DNA of 34,430 nucleotides from Bdellovibrionales bacterium. Its GTDB lineage: Bacteria > Bdellovibrionota > Bdellovibrionia > Bdellovibrionales > DASUEL01. Positions 16,919 to 25,338 of the stretch are shown piece after piece (within the stretch, counting starts at the first letter, position 1; the number at the start of each line of letters is the position of its first letter). The position numbers and the translations under genes were made by a program. The notes under the pieces are model-generated. The model searched no databases. It saw nothing but the letters and a program-made list of their open reading frames with translations, and was not told where the DNA came from. Location of the stretch: contig JBFWOZ010000030.1 of assembly GCA_050250255.1 (NCBI GenBank), forward strand, positions 1 to 34,430. Direction: 5' to 3'.

Positions 16919-17722
16919 CTAATGTGAATGCGTTAATCTGTGGTGTCCCGAGCAGAGTGTCGTGAGGTTTTCGACAGTGTCTTGGCCGCCCTTGCTTCTA
17001 GGTATCAGATGATGGGTGTGTAACCATTTTCTTTCCGTACAGCGCTCACCTTTCTGGTTGCGATGGGTACACTGGCCTTGATCACGTAATTGTATGTGTC
17101 CCGGGACAGAGAAATTCGCGCGATTCTGTAATTTCTGTGCTTTTTGGACTGGATCTTTCTTCTCTAAATAGAGATCCAGCAAAGCTTCAAGAGTCTCTTC
17201 AATGCTCACGTGTTTTTGCTGACGTTGAGATTCCAGCTCTTGTACGCGTTTCAATTTTTGCTGAATTTTTTCAGAAATCCCCATTTGAAGACTCAGTCTT
17301 TCTTCACTCACAAATTTCATTCGCTCAGGAGTGGCTTCTTTAGGAGAAGCTTTCGCCACTTGTTGTTCAAGCTTAGCTTTTGGAAGCTCAATGGCCATCT
17401 TGAGCCATTCGACTTGATTCGCTTTATTAAGGACCGGGGTAATTTTCCTAGCTTTGGAAACCGTAAGATGGCCTGTCTGAATCGCTTGCTTGAGTGCGGG
17501 TACTTCTTTCGCCTTTCGAGCAACAGTGATGAAATTTGAAGCGACACTCTCACTCAGTTTCAAGATCGTAGTCGCATATTCGTAAAGACTTTTGTGGTTC
17601 AGCTTCAAATATACGCGATGTTCGTCAACTTGCTGAAGAATATCGATCAAATCGTTCTCGGCCTTTCGAAATCGTCCAGCAACTTCGAGAGCTTTTTCGT
17701 GAATCTGCATGTGTTTTGTCAT
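16919..17722 (-). CDS. HNH endonuclease with long N-terminal helical region (DUF222-like architecture)
   Basis: RDQGQC...RC...LHTHHLIPRSKGGQDTVENLTTLCSGHH. N-terminal KSLYEYATTILKLSE. AAGGAG RBS before ATG 17722. Confidence 0.9.
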   Translation of the reverse strand: MTKHMQIHEKALEVAGRFRKAENDLIDILQQVDEHRVYLKLNHKSLYEYATTILKLSESVASNFITVARKAKEVPALKQAIQTGHLTVSKARKITPVLNKANQVEWLKMAIELPKAKLEQQVAKASPKEATPERMKFVSEERLSLQMGISEKIQQKLKRVQELESQRQQKHVSIEETLEALLDLYLEKKDPVQKAQKLQNRANFSVPGHIQLRDQGQCTHRNQKGERCTERKWLHTHHLIPRSKGGQDTVENLTTLCSGHHRLTHSH

Positions 17723-18047
17723 GATTTTCTCCTTTAAGCAAAAAGTTAAAGTGACCATACCATGTGTTTTTTAAACGCTATTTTGCTGAAAATGAAATTA
17801 AGGAATACTTTGGAAATCTATTTAAGCTTCGGTAATTTGCCCGAGAACGGTTTATTTAGAATTCGAACGAGAGCAAAAGATTTTTATAAAATAATGAATC
17901 TTAGACGGTTTAAATTTATCAAAATCTCGTCAAATACATTCTCATTTTTATTCCCCAAGTCAATGCACTTTAAATAATAGGAATCCATTTGAGATATAGA
18001 CAAGACACCATAAATGTCTTAATTTTTTACGAACTCTCGGAGGCAAT

Positions 18048-18464
18048 ATGTTACATCGCTTACTAGTATTGGGCGCATTTTTTTATTCATTTTCTAGTGT
18101 GGCTTCTGAACATTGCCAAAATTTATCAGGTCTCTATGTTTCAATGGGATGCATGGATACTTATACAGTAAAGATTGTTCAGGCAGGATGTGACAAAGTA
18201 ACATTCACATTCACAACAAATAATCGTACGGCGACAAATGAACTGATCACAGATGGCCAATTCAAACGATACAATTACCCAGATGGAAGTGGCTATTCAC
18301 TGCAATTAAGCAACTTTACTGCACAAGGCCTTATGAACCTCTTTATTTATTATGACAACAGACATGACCTACCGCCTTCCTTGTCATATTGGAATCTCGA
18401 GTCCAATGGAAACATCACTTTTAAGACATCAGATTACAGCTGCCAATGGATCAAGAAACAGTAG
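18048..18464 (+). CDS. Secreted hypothetical protein (AT-rich, Cys-containing)
   Basis: GGAGG RBS, signal peptide ending SVA, four Cys. Confidence 0.75.
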   Translation: MLHRLLVLGAFFYSFSSVASEHCQNLSGLYVSMGCMDTYTVKIVQAGCDKVTFTFTTNNRTATNELITDGQFKRYNYPDGSGYSLQLSNFTAQGLMNLFIYYDNRHDLPPSLSYWNLESNGNITFKTSDYSCQWIKKQ

Positions 18465-18576
18465 GAGACTGCTGCTTCTCATTCACTGACCGCAATTTGA
18501 ATTTCGGACTCCAAAATACTCAAGACCTGGCTAACTGAGGTTAGGGTTGGTCCAACGTTTTGAATTGGTCCCCGAC

Positions 18577-18927
18577 ATGGGAAACTTTATTCAGACTGAT
18601 TGGATTCAACAACACATCTACATCGTTCGTAGCCAGAGAGTCATGTTGAGCCATGACTTGGCTGAACTTTATCAAGTGGAATCAAAAGTCTTGGTGCAAG
18701 CCGTAAAAAGAAATTTAGATCGATTCCCTGAAGACTTTATGTTTCAGCTTGAAAATCAAGAGCTTCACAACTTGAGGTCACAAATTGTGACCTCAAGTTG
18801 GGGTGGCCATCGCTGGCTGCCTTATGCCTTCACCGAACAGGGAATTGCTATGGCCGTAAACCTACAGAATTTATGGCTAAGCATTAAGTGTTACTATAAT
18901 ACTCTTATCATCTACGAAATACACTGA
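18577..18927 (+). pseudogene. Truncated ORF6N (KilA-N-like) DNA-binding domain gene
   Basis: [21 protein letters not shown]...[17 protein letters not shown]...[11 protein letters not shown]. Similarity stops at about 18852, before the expected LSSVL...RAFV coiled coil. Confidence 0.75.
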
Positions 18928-18938
18928 TCGAAGCCTAG

Positions 18939-19298
18939 CTACTTCTCAGACCAAACTGCGAGTTCGTTACCACTCGGATCTTTGAATTCGAAGCGCCTTC
19001 CACCCGGAAAAGCATAAGGTGATTTAGTGATTTCTCCACCGGCACCTTTAACCATTGCTAAAGTTTCATCAAGATTTTTAGAATAAAGAATGACGAGAGG
19101 ACCGCCGGTTTTCACGTTTTTATCGAAACGTAATCCGCCAGCTTCGCCTGCATCCTTTTTTATACCGGCATAATCGGGACCATAGTCATTAAACGCCCAT
19201 CCAAAAGCAGAACGATAGAACTCCTTAGCTTTTGCCATATCACTCACGGTGAATTCAATATAGTCAATACTGTGATGTACGTGATCTGTGCTAGTCAT
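18939..19298 (-). CDS. VOC/glyoxalase family protein
   Basis: IDYIEF...AKEFY...FGW, FPGGRRFEFKDPSGNELAVWS. GGGAG RBS. Confidence 0.9.
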   Translation of the reverse strand: MTSTDHVHHSIDYIEFTVSDMAKAKEFYRSAFGWAFNDYGPDYAGIKKDAGEAGGLRFDKNVKTGGPLVILYSKNLDETLAMVKGAGGEITKSPYAFPGGRRFEFKDPSGNELAVWSEK

Positions 19299-19312
19299 GC
19301 GTCTCCCTATTA

Positions 19313-19834
19313 TTATTTAAAAAACGGCAGCTCTAAATCTTTGGGAGAAATCTTCTCTGCAGGGAGCGGCCACTTCACTGCAAGTGTCGGATCATCAAAA
19401 CGAATTCCGCGCTCATGCTCTTTGCTGTAGAGACTCGTGCACTTATAAAACACGCGCGTGTTATCTTCGAGAGCTTGAAATCCGTGCGCAAAACCTTCCG
19501 GTACATAGAGCATCTGATGACCTTCGCTTGAAAGTGAAATGCCTTCCCACTGCCCGTAGGTCGGCGACCCTTGTCGCACATCCACAACCACATCATAGAT
19601 AGAACCGGTCATGCACTGAACGAGTTTTCCCTGAGCTCTAGGATCTAGCTGATAATGAAATCCTCTGATCACGCCACGACTGCTCATCGATAAATTATCT
19701 TGAACAAAAGAGCGCGCAAGATACTTCTCGAAAGTTGATGTCTTGTAAACTTCTACAAAATAACCACGAGAGTCCCGATGTAACACCGGATCGAATAAAA
19801 GAACGCCTTCGAGCTTTGAAGTCTTCGCTTGCAT
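19313..19834 (-). CDS. rfbC: dTDP-4-dehydrorhamnose 3,5-epimerase
   Basis: DSRGYF, FVQDNLSMS, RGFHYQ, QGKLV, PEGFAHGF, YKC. Start trimmed to MQAKTSKLEG (19834). Confidence 0.95.
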   Translation of the reverse strand: MQAKTSKLEGVLLFDPVLHRDSRGYFVEVYKTSTFEKYLARSFVQDNLSMSSRGVIRGFHYQLDPRAQGKLVQCMTGSIYDVVVDVRQGSPTYGQWEGISLSSEGHQMLYVPEGFAHGFQALEDNTRVFYKCTSLYSKEHERGIRFDDPTLAVKWPLPAEKISPKDLELPFFK

Positions 19835-19863
19835 TCTTTGAGAGATGACATGAGAGTGGTGGA

Positions 19864-20493
19864 ATGTCGATTCTAAACAATCAGATTCGAAATATCTGGG
19901 GAGTTGGGCGGAACTATGCCGAGCATGCGAAAGAGCTTGGAAACACCGTGCCATCAAAGCCTCTTATTTTTCTCAAAGCAGGCTCGACTGCTCTTCTCTC
20001 GGACCAAAAGTTTCCATTACCTGCCTTCACCAACGACGTTCATCACGAAATCGAACTCGCTGTGGAGTTTGGACCGAGCCTCGAAATCGTCCGCGCCGCC
20101 GTCTGCCTCGATCTCACCGCTCGTGACCTCCAAGCGGAGCTTAAGAAGAAGGGCGAGCCTTGGACTCTCGCCAAATCATTTAAACATTCCACACTCTTAG
20201 GCTCCTTCTTTGACGTAAAGGATTCAGCCTGCGGTGACCTTCATTTAGAACTTCTGATCAATGATGAAGTGCGCCAAACCGGCCACACAGCTCAGATGAT
20301 TTTCTCGGTTCCAGTCCTTGCCCAGTATCTTCGTGAATGCTTTCCTATTTGTCCTGGCGACCTGATCTTAACAGGAACCCCCAGCGGTGTTGGTCCCCTC
20401 GTTTCCGGCGATCAAATCGAAGCTCTCTGCTTTGATTCTCAAAACAAAAGCCTCAGCGAAGGTCGTTGGCAAATCCTCGCTCAATCTATATAA
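19864..20493 (+). CDS. Fumarylacetoacetate hydrolase family protein
   Basis: GRNYAEHAKELGN, HHEIEL, DLTARDLQ, GDLILTGTPSGVG. Confidence 0.92.
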   Translation: MSILNNQIRNIWGVGRNYAEHAKELGNTVPSKPLIFLKAGSTALLSDQKFPLPAFTNDVHHEIELAVEFGPSLEIVRAAVCLDLTARDLQAELKKKGEPWTLAKSFKHSTLLGSFFDVKDSACGDLHLELLINDEVRQTGHTAQMIFSVPVLAQYLRECFPICPGDLILTGTPSGVGPLVSGDQIEALCFDSQNKSLSEGRWQILAQSI

Positions 20494-20534
20494 ATTCCCT
20501 TAAATTTGACTAGAGCAAAAACGCGAGGCTTTCG

Positions 20535-23501
20535 ATGAACCACGAAGTGCAAAACACATCCTCATCTCCAACAACTTTCCAGCAAGACGTGCACGCCACC
20601 GGTGAACAAATTTTTAAACTCATGGAAGGCGAAGGCAGTTCCATTTTTAATAAAGATTGGTGGTATGGACGAATCATGGAATGGAGCATGAAGAACGAGA
20701 AGTTCAAAGTGCAGATGTTTCGTTTTGTCGACGTTCTCCCCTACTTAGAATCCAGTTCCGAAGTCGCTCGTCACATGAAAGAATATTTTTCGGAAGGCGG
20801 CGAATCGCTTCCCTCCGTATTTAACTTTGGTCTCGGTATTGGCTCACTCGCACCGTCACTTCTCGCGGGAGCTGTGAAAAAAAATGTCACGCAAATGGCG
20901 CAGATGTTTATTGCTGGGAGCACTCCCAAAGAAGCCACCGCACAACTCATTAAAAATCGCGACAAACAAATCGCTTTCACCGTCGATCTTCTTGGCGAAG
21001 CGACCCTCAGCGAAAAAGAAGCCCTCGAGTATCAGCGCCGCTACATGGACCTCATCACCCAACTCGCTCAGGAATCTGAAAAATGGCACGAGCAATCGCA
21101 GATTGACCGCAACCATTTAGGCCTCATTCCCAAAGTGAATGTCTCCGTAAAACTCTCAGCCCTCTACTCGCAGATTAATCTCAAGGCCTGGGATCATTCC
21201 AAAACCACTCTAAAAGAACGCCTGCGACCGGTTCTGCAATTAGCAAAAGAGCGCAATGTGTTCATAAACCTCGACATGGAACAGTACTCACTGAAAGAAC
21301 TTACTCTAGAAGTGTTCCAAGAACTTTTGATGGAAGACTCCTTCAAAGATTACCCTCACTTTGGAATTGTGATCCAAGGTTACCTCAAAGATTCTCTCGC
21401 TGACATCGAACGTATGATTGCGTTTGCGAAAAAACGTGGCACCCCTTTCACCATTCGTCTTGTGAAAGGCGCTTACTGGGAATACGAAACCGTTGAAGCA
21501 CGTCAAAAAAATTGGCCCGTTCCAGTTTATGAAAACAAACAGTCCACCGACGCAAACTTTGAAACATGCGCCAAAAAACTTTTAGATAATTACAAAGTTC
21601 TTCACGCTGCAATCGCCTCTCACAACGTACGCTCTGTCGCAACAGTTCTTGTACATGCCAAGAGACAAAATATTCCTCTCAATGCTTTCGAAATCCAAAT
21701 GCTCTTCGGCATGGCCGATCAGATTAAGCGCGCGCTTACCAAAATGGGTGTGCGAGTTCGTCAATACACTCCGATTGGTGAATTGATTCCGGGTATGGCT
21801 TATCTCGTACGTCGACTTCTCGAAAACACTTCTAACGAATCGTTTTTGCGCTCAAAGTTTGCCGACAACGTTTCTACCGAGAAACTTCTTGAAGAGCCTC
21901 GCCTACAAGATGCCCCTCAAAATACAAAAACCTATCGTTTTGAGAACGAACCTTTCTTAGATTTTGCCAACGCCGAGCAACGCCAAAAAATGCAGCTGGC
22001 CGTTGAGAAAACAAAAAATTATTTTTCCAAAACTTTACCGATTGTCATCAACGGCAAAGAATTAAAATCCTCCGAAGAGATCGAAAGCGTAAATCCCTCT
22101 CACTCTTCACAAGTTTACGGAAAAGTTTATGCCGCAACTAAAGAGCAAGCCGAAGACGCCGTGCAAGCCGCTCATCGCGGGCTCGCTACATGGTCGAAGC
22201 TTTCCACAGAGAAGCGTGCGGCTTACTGGGAGCGCGTGGCCGACATCATGGTTCAACGACGTTATGAACTCACCGCCATTGAAGTGCATGAAGTTGGTAA
22301 AAGTTGGTCCGAGGCGGATGGAGATATCACCGAAGCAATCGATTTTTGTCGCTACTACGCTCGTGATGCTTTAAGACTCGCCAAACCTCAACGTGCAGGA
22401 CATGCACCCGGCGAGAACAGCCAATATTTTTATCAACCACGAGGAGTAGTTGCAGTGATTGCTCCGTGGAACTTCCCACTCGCGATTCTCACCGGAATGG
22501 TCGCCGCCGCTTCTGTTACTGGTAATACGGTTGTGATGAAACCAGCTGAGCAGAGTTCACTCATCGCCGCCAAACTCATGGATATTTTGCGTGAAGCAGG
22601 ATTACCGCCAGAAGCCGTGCATTTTCTTCCTGGACATGGCGAAGTCGTCGGCGAACATATCGTGAACCATCCTCTCACCTCGGTGATTGCGTTCACCGGA
22701 TCTCGCGATGTGGGTTTACGTATTTTACAAAAAGCCGCCATCGTTCACCCAAAACAAAGTCACGTCAAAAAATGTATCATTGAGATGGGTGGTAAAAACG
22801 CCATCATCATCGACTCGGATGCCGATCTGGATGAAGCGGTCCTCGGCGTGATTTATTCGGCCTTCGGTTTTCAAGGACAAAAATGTTCCGCTTGTTCTCG
22901 TGTGATTGTGCTTGATGAAATTTATGATCGCTTTAAAGAGCGCCTCATCGAAGCCGCGAAAAGCATCGCCATCGCTCATTCCGAAAATCCTACTTGTGTG
23001 GTGGGTCCTGTTGTCGATAAAGAAGCTCACCAAAGAATTTTAAGAACCATTACTGAGAATCGTAATGTCTTCCAGGTCGCTTTTGAGGGCGTCACTCCTC
23101 ATGACGGCTACTTTGTACCACCAACAATTTTTGACAACGTGGATCCTGAGAGCACTCTCGCTCAAGAAGAAATATTTGGTCCCGTGCTCGCAATGATCCG
23201 TGCAAAAAACATCGATCAAGCTCTCGAGATTGCGAATGGCACTCAATACGCTCTTACCGGAGGCCTCTACTCGCGAAGTCCTGCGAACATCGAAAAAGTA
23301 CGCGAACGTTTTGAAGTGGGAAACCTCTACATTAATCGCGGTAATACTGGTGCACTTGTAGAACGTCATCCTTTTGGGGGGTTCAAAATGTCGGGCGTAG
23401 GAAGTAAAACCGGAGGACCGGATTATCTCTTACAGTTTGTCGAACCACGAGTCGTGACCGAGAACACACTCCGCCGCGGCTTCGCTCCGACAGAAGAATA
23501 A
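20535..23501 (+). CDS. putA: Bifunctional proline dehydrogenase / glutamate-semialdehyde (P5C) dehydrogenase, minimal type without DNA-binding domain
   Basis: DLLGE, RLVKGAYW, ASHN, YLVRRLLEN (PRODH). PWNFPLAI, EMGGKN, GQKCSACS, EEIFGP (ALDH). Confidence 0.96.
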   Translation: MNHEVQNTSSSPTTFQQDVHATGEQIFKLMEGEGSSIFNKDWWYGRIMEWSMKNEKFKVQMFRFVDVLPYLESSSEVARHMKEYFSEGGESLPSVFNFGLGIGSLAPSLLAGAVKKNVTQMAQMFIAGSTPKEATAQLIKNRDKQIAFTVDLLGEATLSEKEALEYQRRYMDLITQLAQESEKWHEQSQIDRNHLGLIPKVNVSVKLSALYSQINLKAWDHSKTTLKERLRPVLQLAKERNVFINLDMEQYSLKELTLEVFQELLMEDSFKDYPHFGIVIQGYLKDSLADIERMIAFAKKRGTPFTIRLVKGAYWEYETVEARQKNWPVPVYENKQSTDANFETCAKKLLDNYKVLHAAIASHNVRSVATVLVHAKRQNIPLNAFEIQMLFGMADQIKRALTKMGVRVRQYTPIGELIPGMAYLVRRLLENTSNESFLRSKFADNVSTEKLLEEPRLQDAPQNTKTYRFENEPFLDFANAEQRQKMQLAVEKTKNYFSKTLPIVINGKELKSSEEIESVNPSHSSQVYGKVYAATKEQAEDAVQAAHRGLATWSKLSTEKRAAYWERVADIMVQRRYELTAIEVHEVGKSWSEADGDITEAIDFCRYYARDALRLAKPQRAGHAPGENSQYFYQPRGVVAVIAPWNFPLAILTGMVAAASVTGNTVVMKPAEQSSLIAAKLMDILREAGLPPEAVHFLPGHGEVVGEHIVNHPLTSVIAFTGSRDVGLRILQKAAIVHPKQSHVKKCIIEMGGKNAIIIDSDADLDEAVLGVIYSAFGFQGQKCSACSRVIVLDEIYDRFKERLIEAAKSIAIAHSENPTCVVGPVVDKEAHQRILRTITENRNVFQVAFEGVTPHDGYFVPPTIFDNVDPESTLAQEEIFGPVLAMIRAKNIDQALEIANGTQYALTGGLYSRSPANIEKVRERFEVGNLYINRGNTGALVERHPFGGFKMSGVGSKTGGPDYLLQFVEPRVVTENTLRRGFAPTEE

Positions 23502-23582
23502 GCCGAGCTTTCGTCTAGCTTACACCCACGCAAGCCGTCTCAGACTGTCATCGATAGGCGAAAAGTTTTATACTGGAAGCCT

Positions 23583-24440
23583 ATGAAAACAGTCATTTTC
23601 ACCTCTTTCATGTTCCTCGTGACCAGCTCTATCGGTCACGCTCAAATACATAACGAATTCGATTACTACAGCAAACAATGGCAGCGTAAAGATTGTAAGA
23701 GTGTAGCTCTCACTGTGCTTCGTATGGCCGCTGTGAAAAATGATTTTGGAGCGACTCCCCTTTCAAACATCATAGAATCTCAACTAAAACTAATAAATCC
23801 CAAAGAAGCACTCCCTAAATTTGATACGTCTTATCGAGATGTCTCTCAACAAGTTCTCACTCAAATCACTGCCACAAGCTCAGAGGCATTGCATGATAAA
23901 GACGATTCCAATTCCTATACTATTCAAGTGAGAAAACAAAATTTAACTTTTCCTGATGCCGAAGGAAGTAAAAACACAAAAAGACATGACCTTTCTATGA
24001 CCTATTCATTTGCTGTCGAAAAGAAAGGTAATCTGTCTCTTTGCACTCTCACATCTATCGATGCTCAAACCTACTCTCTTCAAGTAGAGCCTAGAACAAT
24101 TGCTTACACACCCACACTCTGCCAACAGGATTCAAAAAATCCTAGCGCGCTCTCCGCTATTGCCAATCTTTTATCTGCCCTGCAAAACAAAAACTCCGGA
24201 AACCCTGTTCAACAATTTCAAACAGAAAGAAGAAAATCCGATCTCTGTAAGGAAATTAAAAGCCATCTTGGTAACTCGGTCTACGGAGAATCTAACTTCC
24301 CCACAAATTACTATAACGCTCAAGAGGCAAAGCAGTATTTTTCAGGAGCTTTGAATGCGAATGAAAATAAGAACTCAGGTCAAGAGACCTTTACTCACGA
24401 TCGTCCACCAAAGGGACCTTCCAAAAAAACGAAACAGTAA
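23583..24440 (+). CDS. Secreted hypothetical protein
   Basis: Signal peptide ending GHA, 285-aa ORF, no recognisable family. 50-bp convergent overlap with the rhomboid gene. Confidence 0.7.
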   Translation: MKTVIFTSFMFLVTSSIGHAQIHNEFDYYSKQWQRKDCKSVALTVLRMAAVKNDFGATPLSNIIESQLKLINPKEALPKFDTSYRDVSQQVLTQITATSSEALHDKDDSNSYTIQVRKQNLTFPDAEGSKNTKRHDLSMTYSFAVEKKGNLSLCTLTSIDAQTYSLQVEPRTIAYTPTLCQQDSKNPSALSAIANLLSALQNKNSGNPVQQFQTERRKSDLCKEIKSHLGNSVYGESNFPTNYYNAQEAKQYFSGALNANENKNSGQETFTHDRPPKGPSKKTKQ

Positions 24441-25338
24441 TTCCCATAAGCAATCCGGCGAACACGCCACCTAAATGGGCCATGTGGGCCGTTCCGCCAA
24501 GCTCCGGAATGGTGCTCAGCACTCCCGTCATATCTAAGAGAATCCACATCGCAAAAGCAATCCACGCAGGTAAATACATAAAACCCACAAAATCTTTCGC
24601 CGGGAAAAACCAAAAGAAAAATTTTACTGGTCGTGTTCTATAAAGAGCTCCAAAAAATCCCATGAGCCCACTGATCGAACCACTGGATCCTACCAGTGGT
24701 AATGCCGAGAGCCCGCTAAAAGCGGAGAACACCAACGCCGCCGCAACACCTGTCGAGAGATAAACCGCTAAAACGGCCCAGGTGCCAAGCATCTTCTCAA
24801 CGGCAATACCAAAAATCAGAAGAAAAAACATATTGGATAATAAATGCATGATGTCGCCGTGAAGAAATTGGTAAGAAAACAAATTCCAAAATTTTGCGTG
24901 ATCGTAACTTAAACCGTTTTGAATCATCGTACTGGAATCACGGATCGAGGCAATCTCCCTCACCTGCTGTTTCCAATATTCAACTGCGACTTGATCCCCT
25001 TCAAACTCGAGAGCTTCGCTTGTTTTTAAAAACAGAGGATCTCGAAAAGCCAGTTGTCCCATGTGTTTTGCTTTTTTCTCAGAACCCGCCTGAGTTCCGC
25101 GCGAAAGCTCTAACATGAGGGGCGAATACCGATCACTATTTTGAAGCACGTACTGAGAGTAGAACTGTCCTTGGAAAACAAGGAGTTCTTTTTGTTCATA
25201 AAAGGGTTTAAGTCTTTTTTGAGTGAAAAGCTGGTTTTGTAAAGTTAAAATAAAAAAAACACAATTTAAAAAAAACAAAAACCAAGTCATCGGTGCTTGG
25301 CGAAAGTGAACGATTCCATAAAGATATGGAAGGATCAT
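24391..25338 (-). CDS. Rhomboid family intramembrane serine protease
   Basis: FLHGDIMHLLSN, catalytic GSSG, AHMAHLGG. Long soluble insert after TM1. Confidence 0.92.
   Translation of the reverse strand: MILPYLYGIVHFRQAPMTWFLFFLNCVFFILTLQNQLFTQKRLKPFYEQKELLVFQGQFYSQYVLQNSDRYSPLMLELSRGTQAGSEKKAKHMGQLAFRDPLFLKTSEALEFEGDQVAVEYWKQQVREIASIRDSSTMIQNGLSYDHAKFWNLFSYQFLHGDIMHLLSNMFFLLIFGIAVEKMLGTWAVLAVYLSTGVAAALVFSAFSGLSALPLVGSSGSISGLMGFFGALYRTRPVKFFFWFFPAKDFVGFMYLPAWIAFAMWILLDMTGVLSTIPELGGTAHMAHLGGVFAGLLMGITVSFFWKVPLVDDRE

Noticed and set aside
16919..17722. IscB/Cas9-like or group II intron nuclease
   Set aside because: No RuvC, PLMP or reverse transcriptase motifs recognised; only a C-terminal HNH.
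19835..19957. Extended rfbC N-terminus (214 aa)
   Set aside because: It overlaps the FAH gene, and RfbC similarity starts at MQAKTSKLEG.
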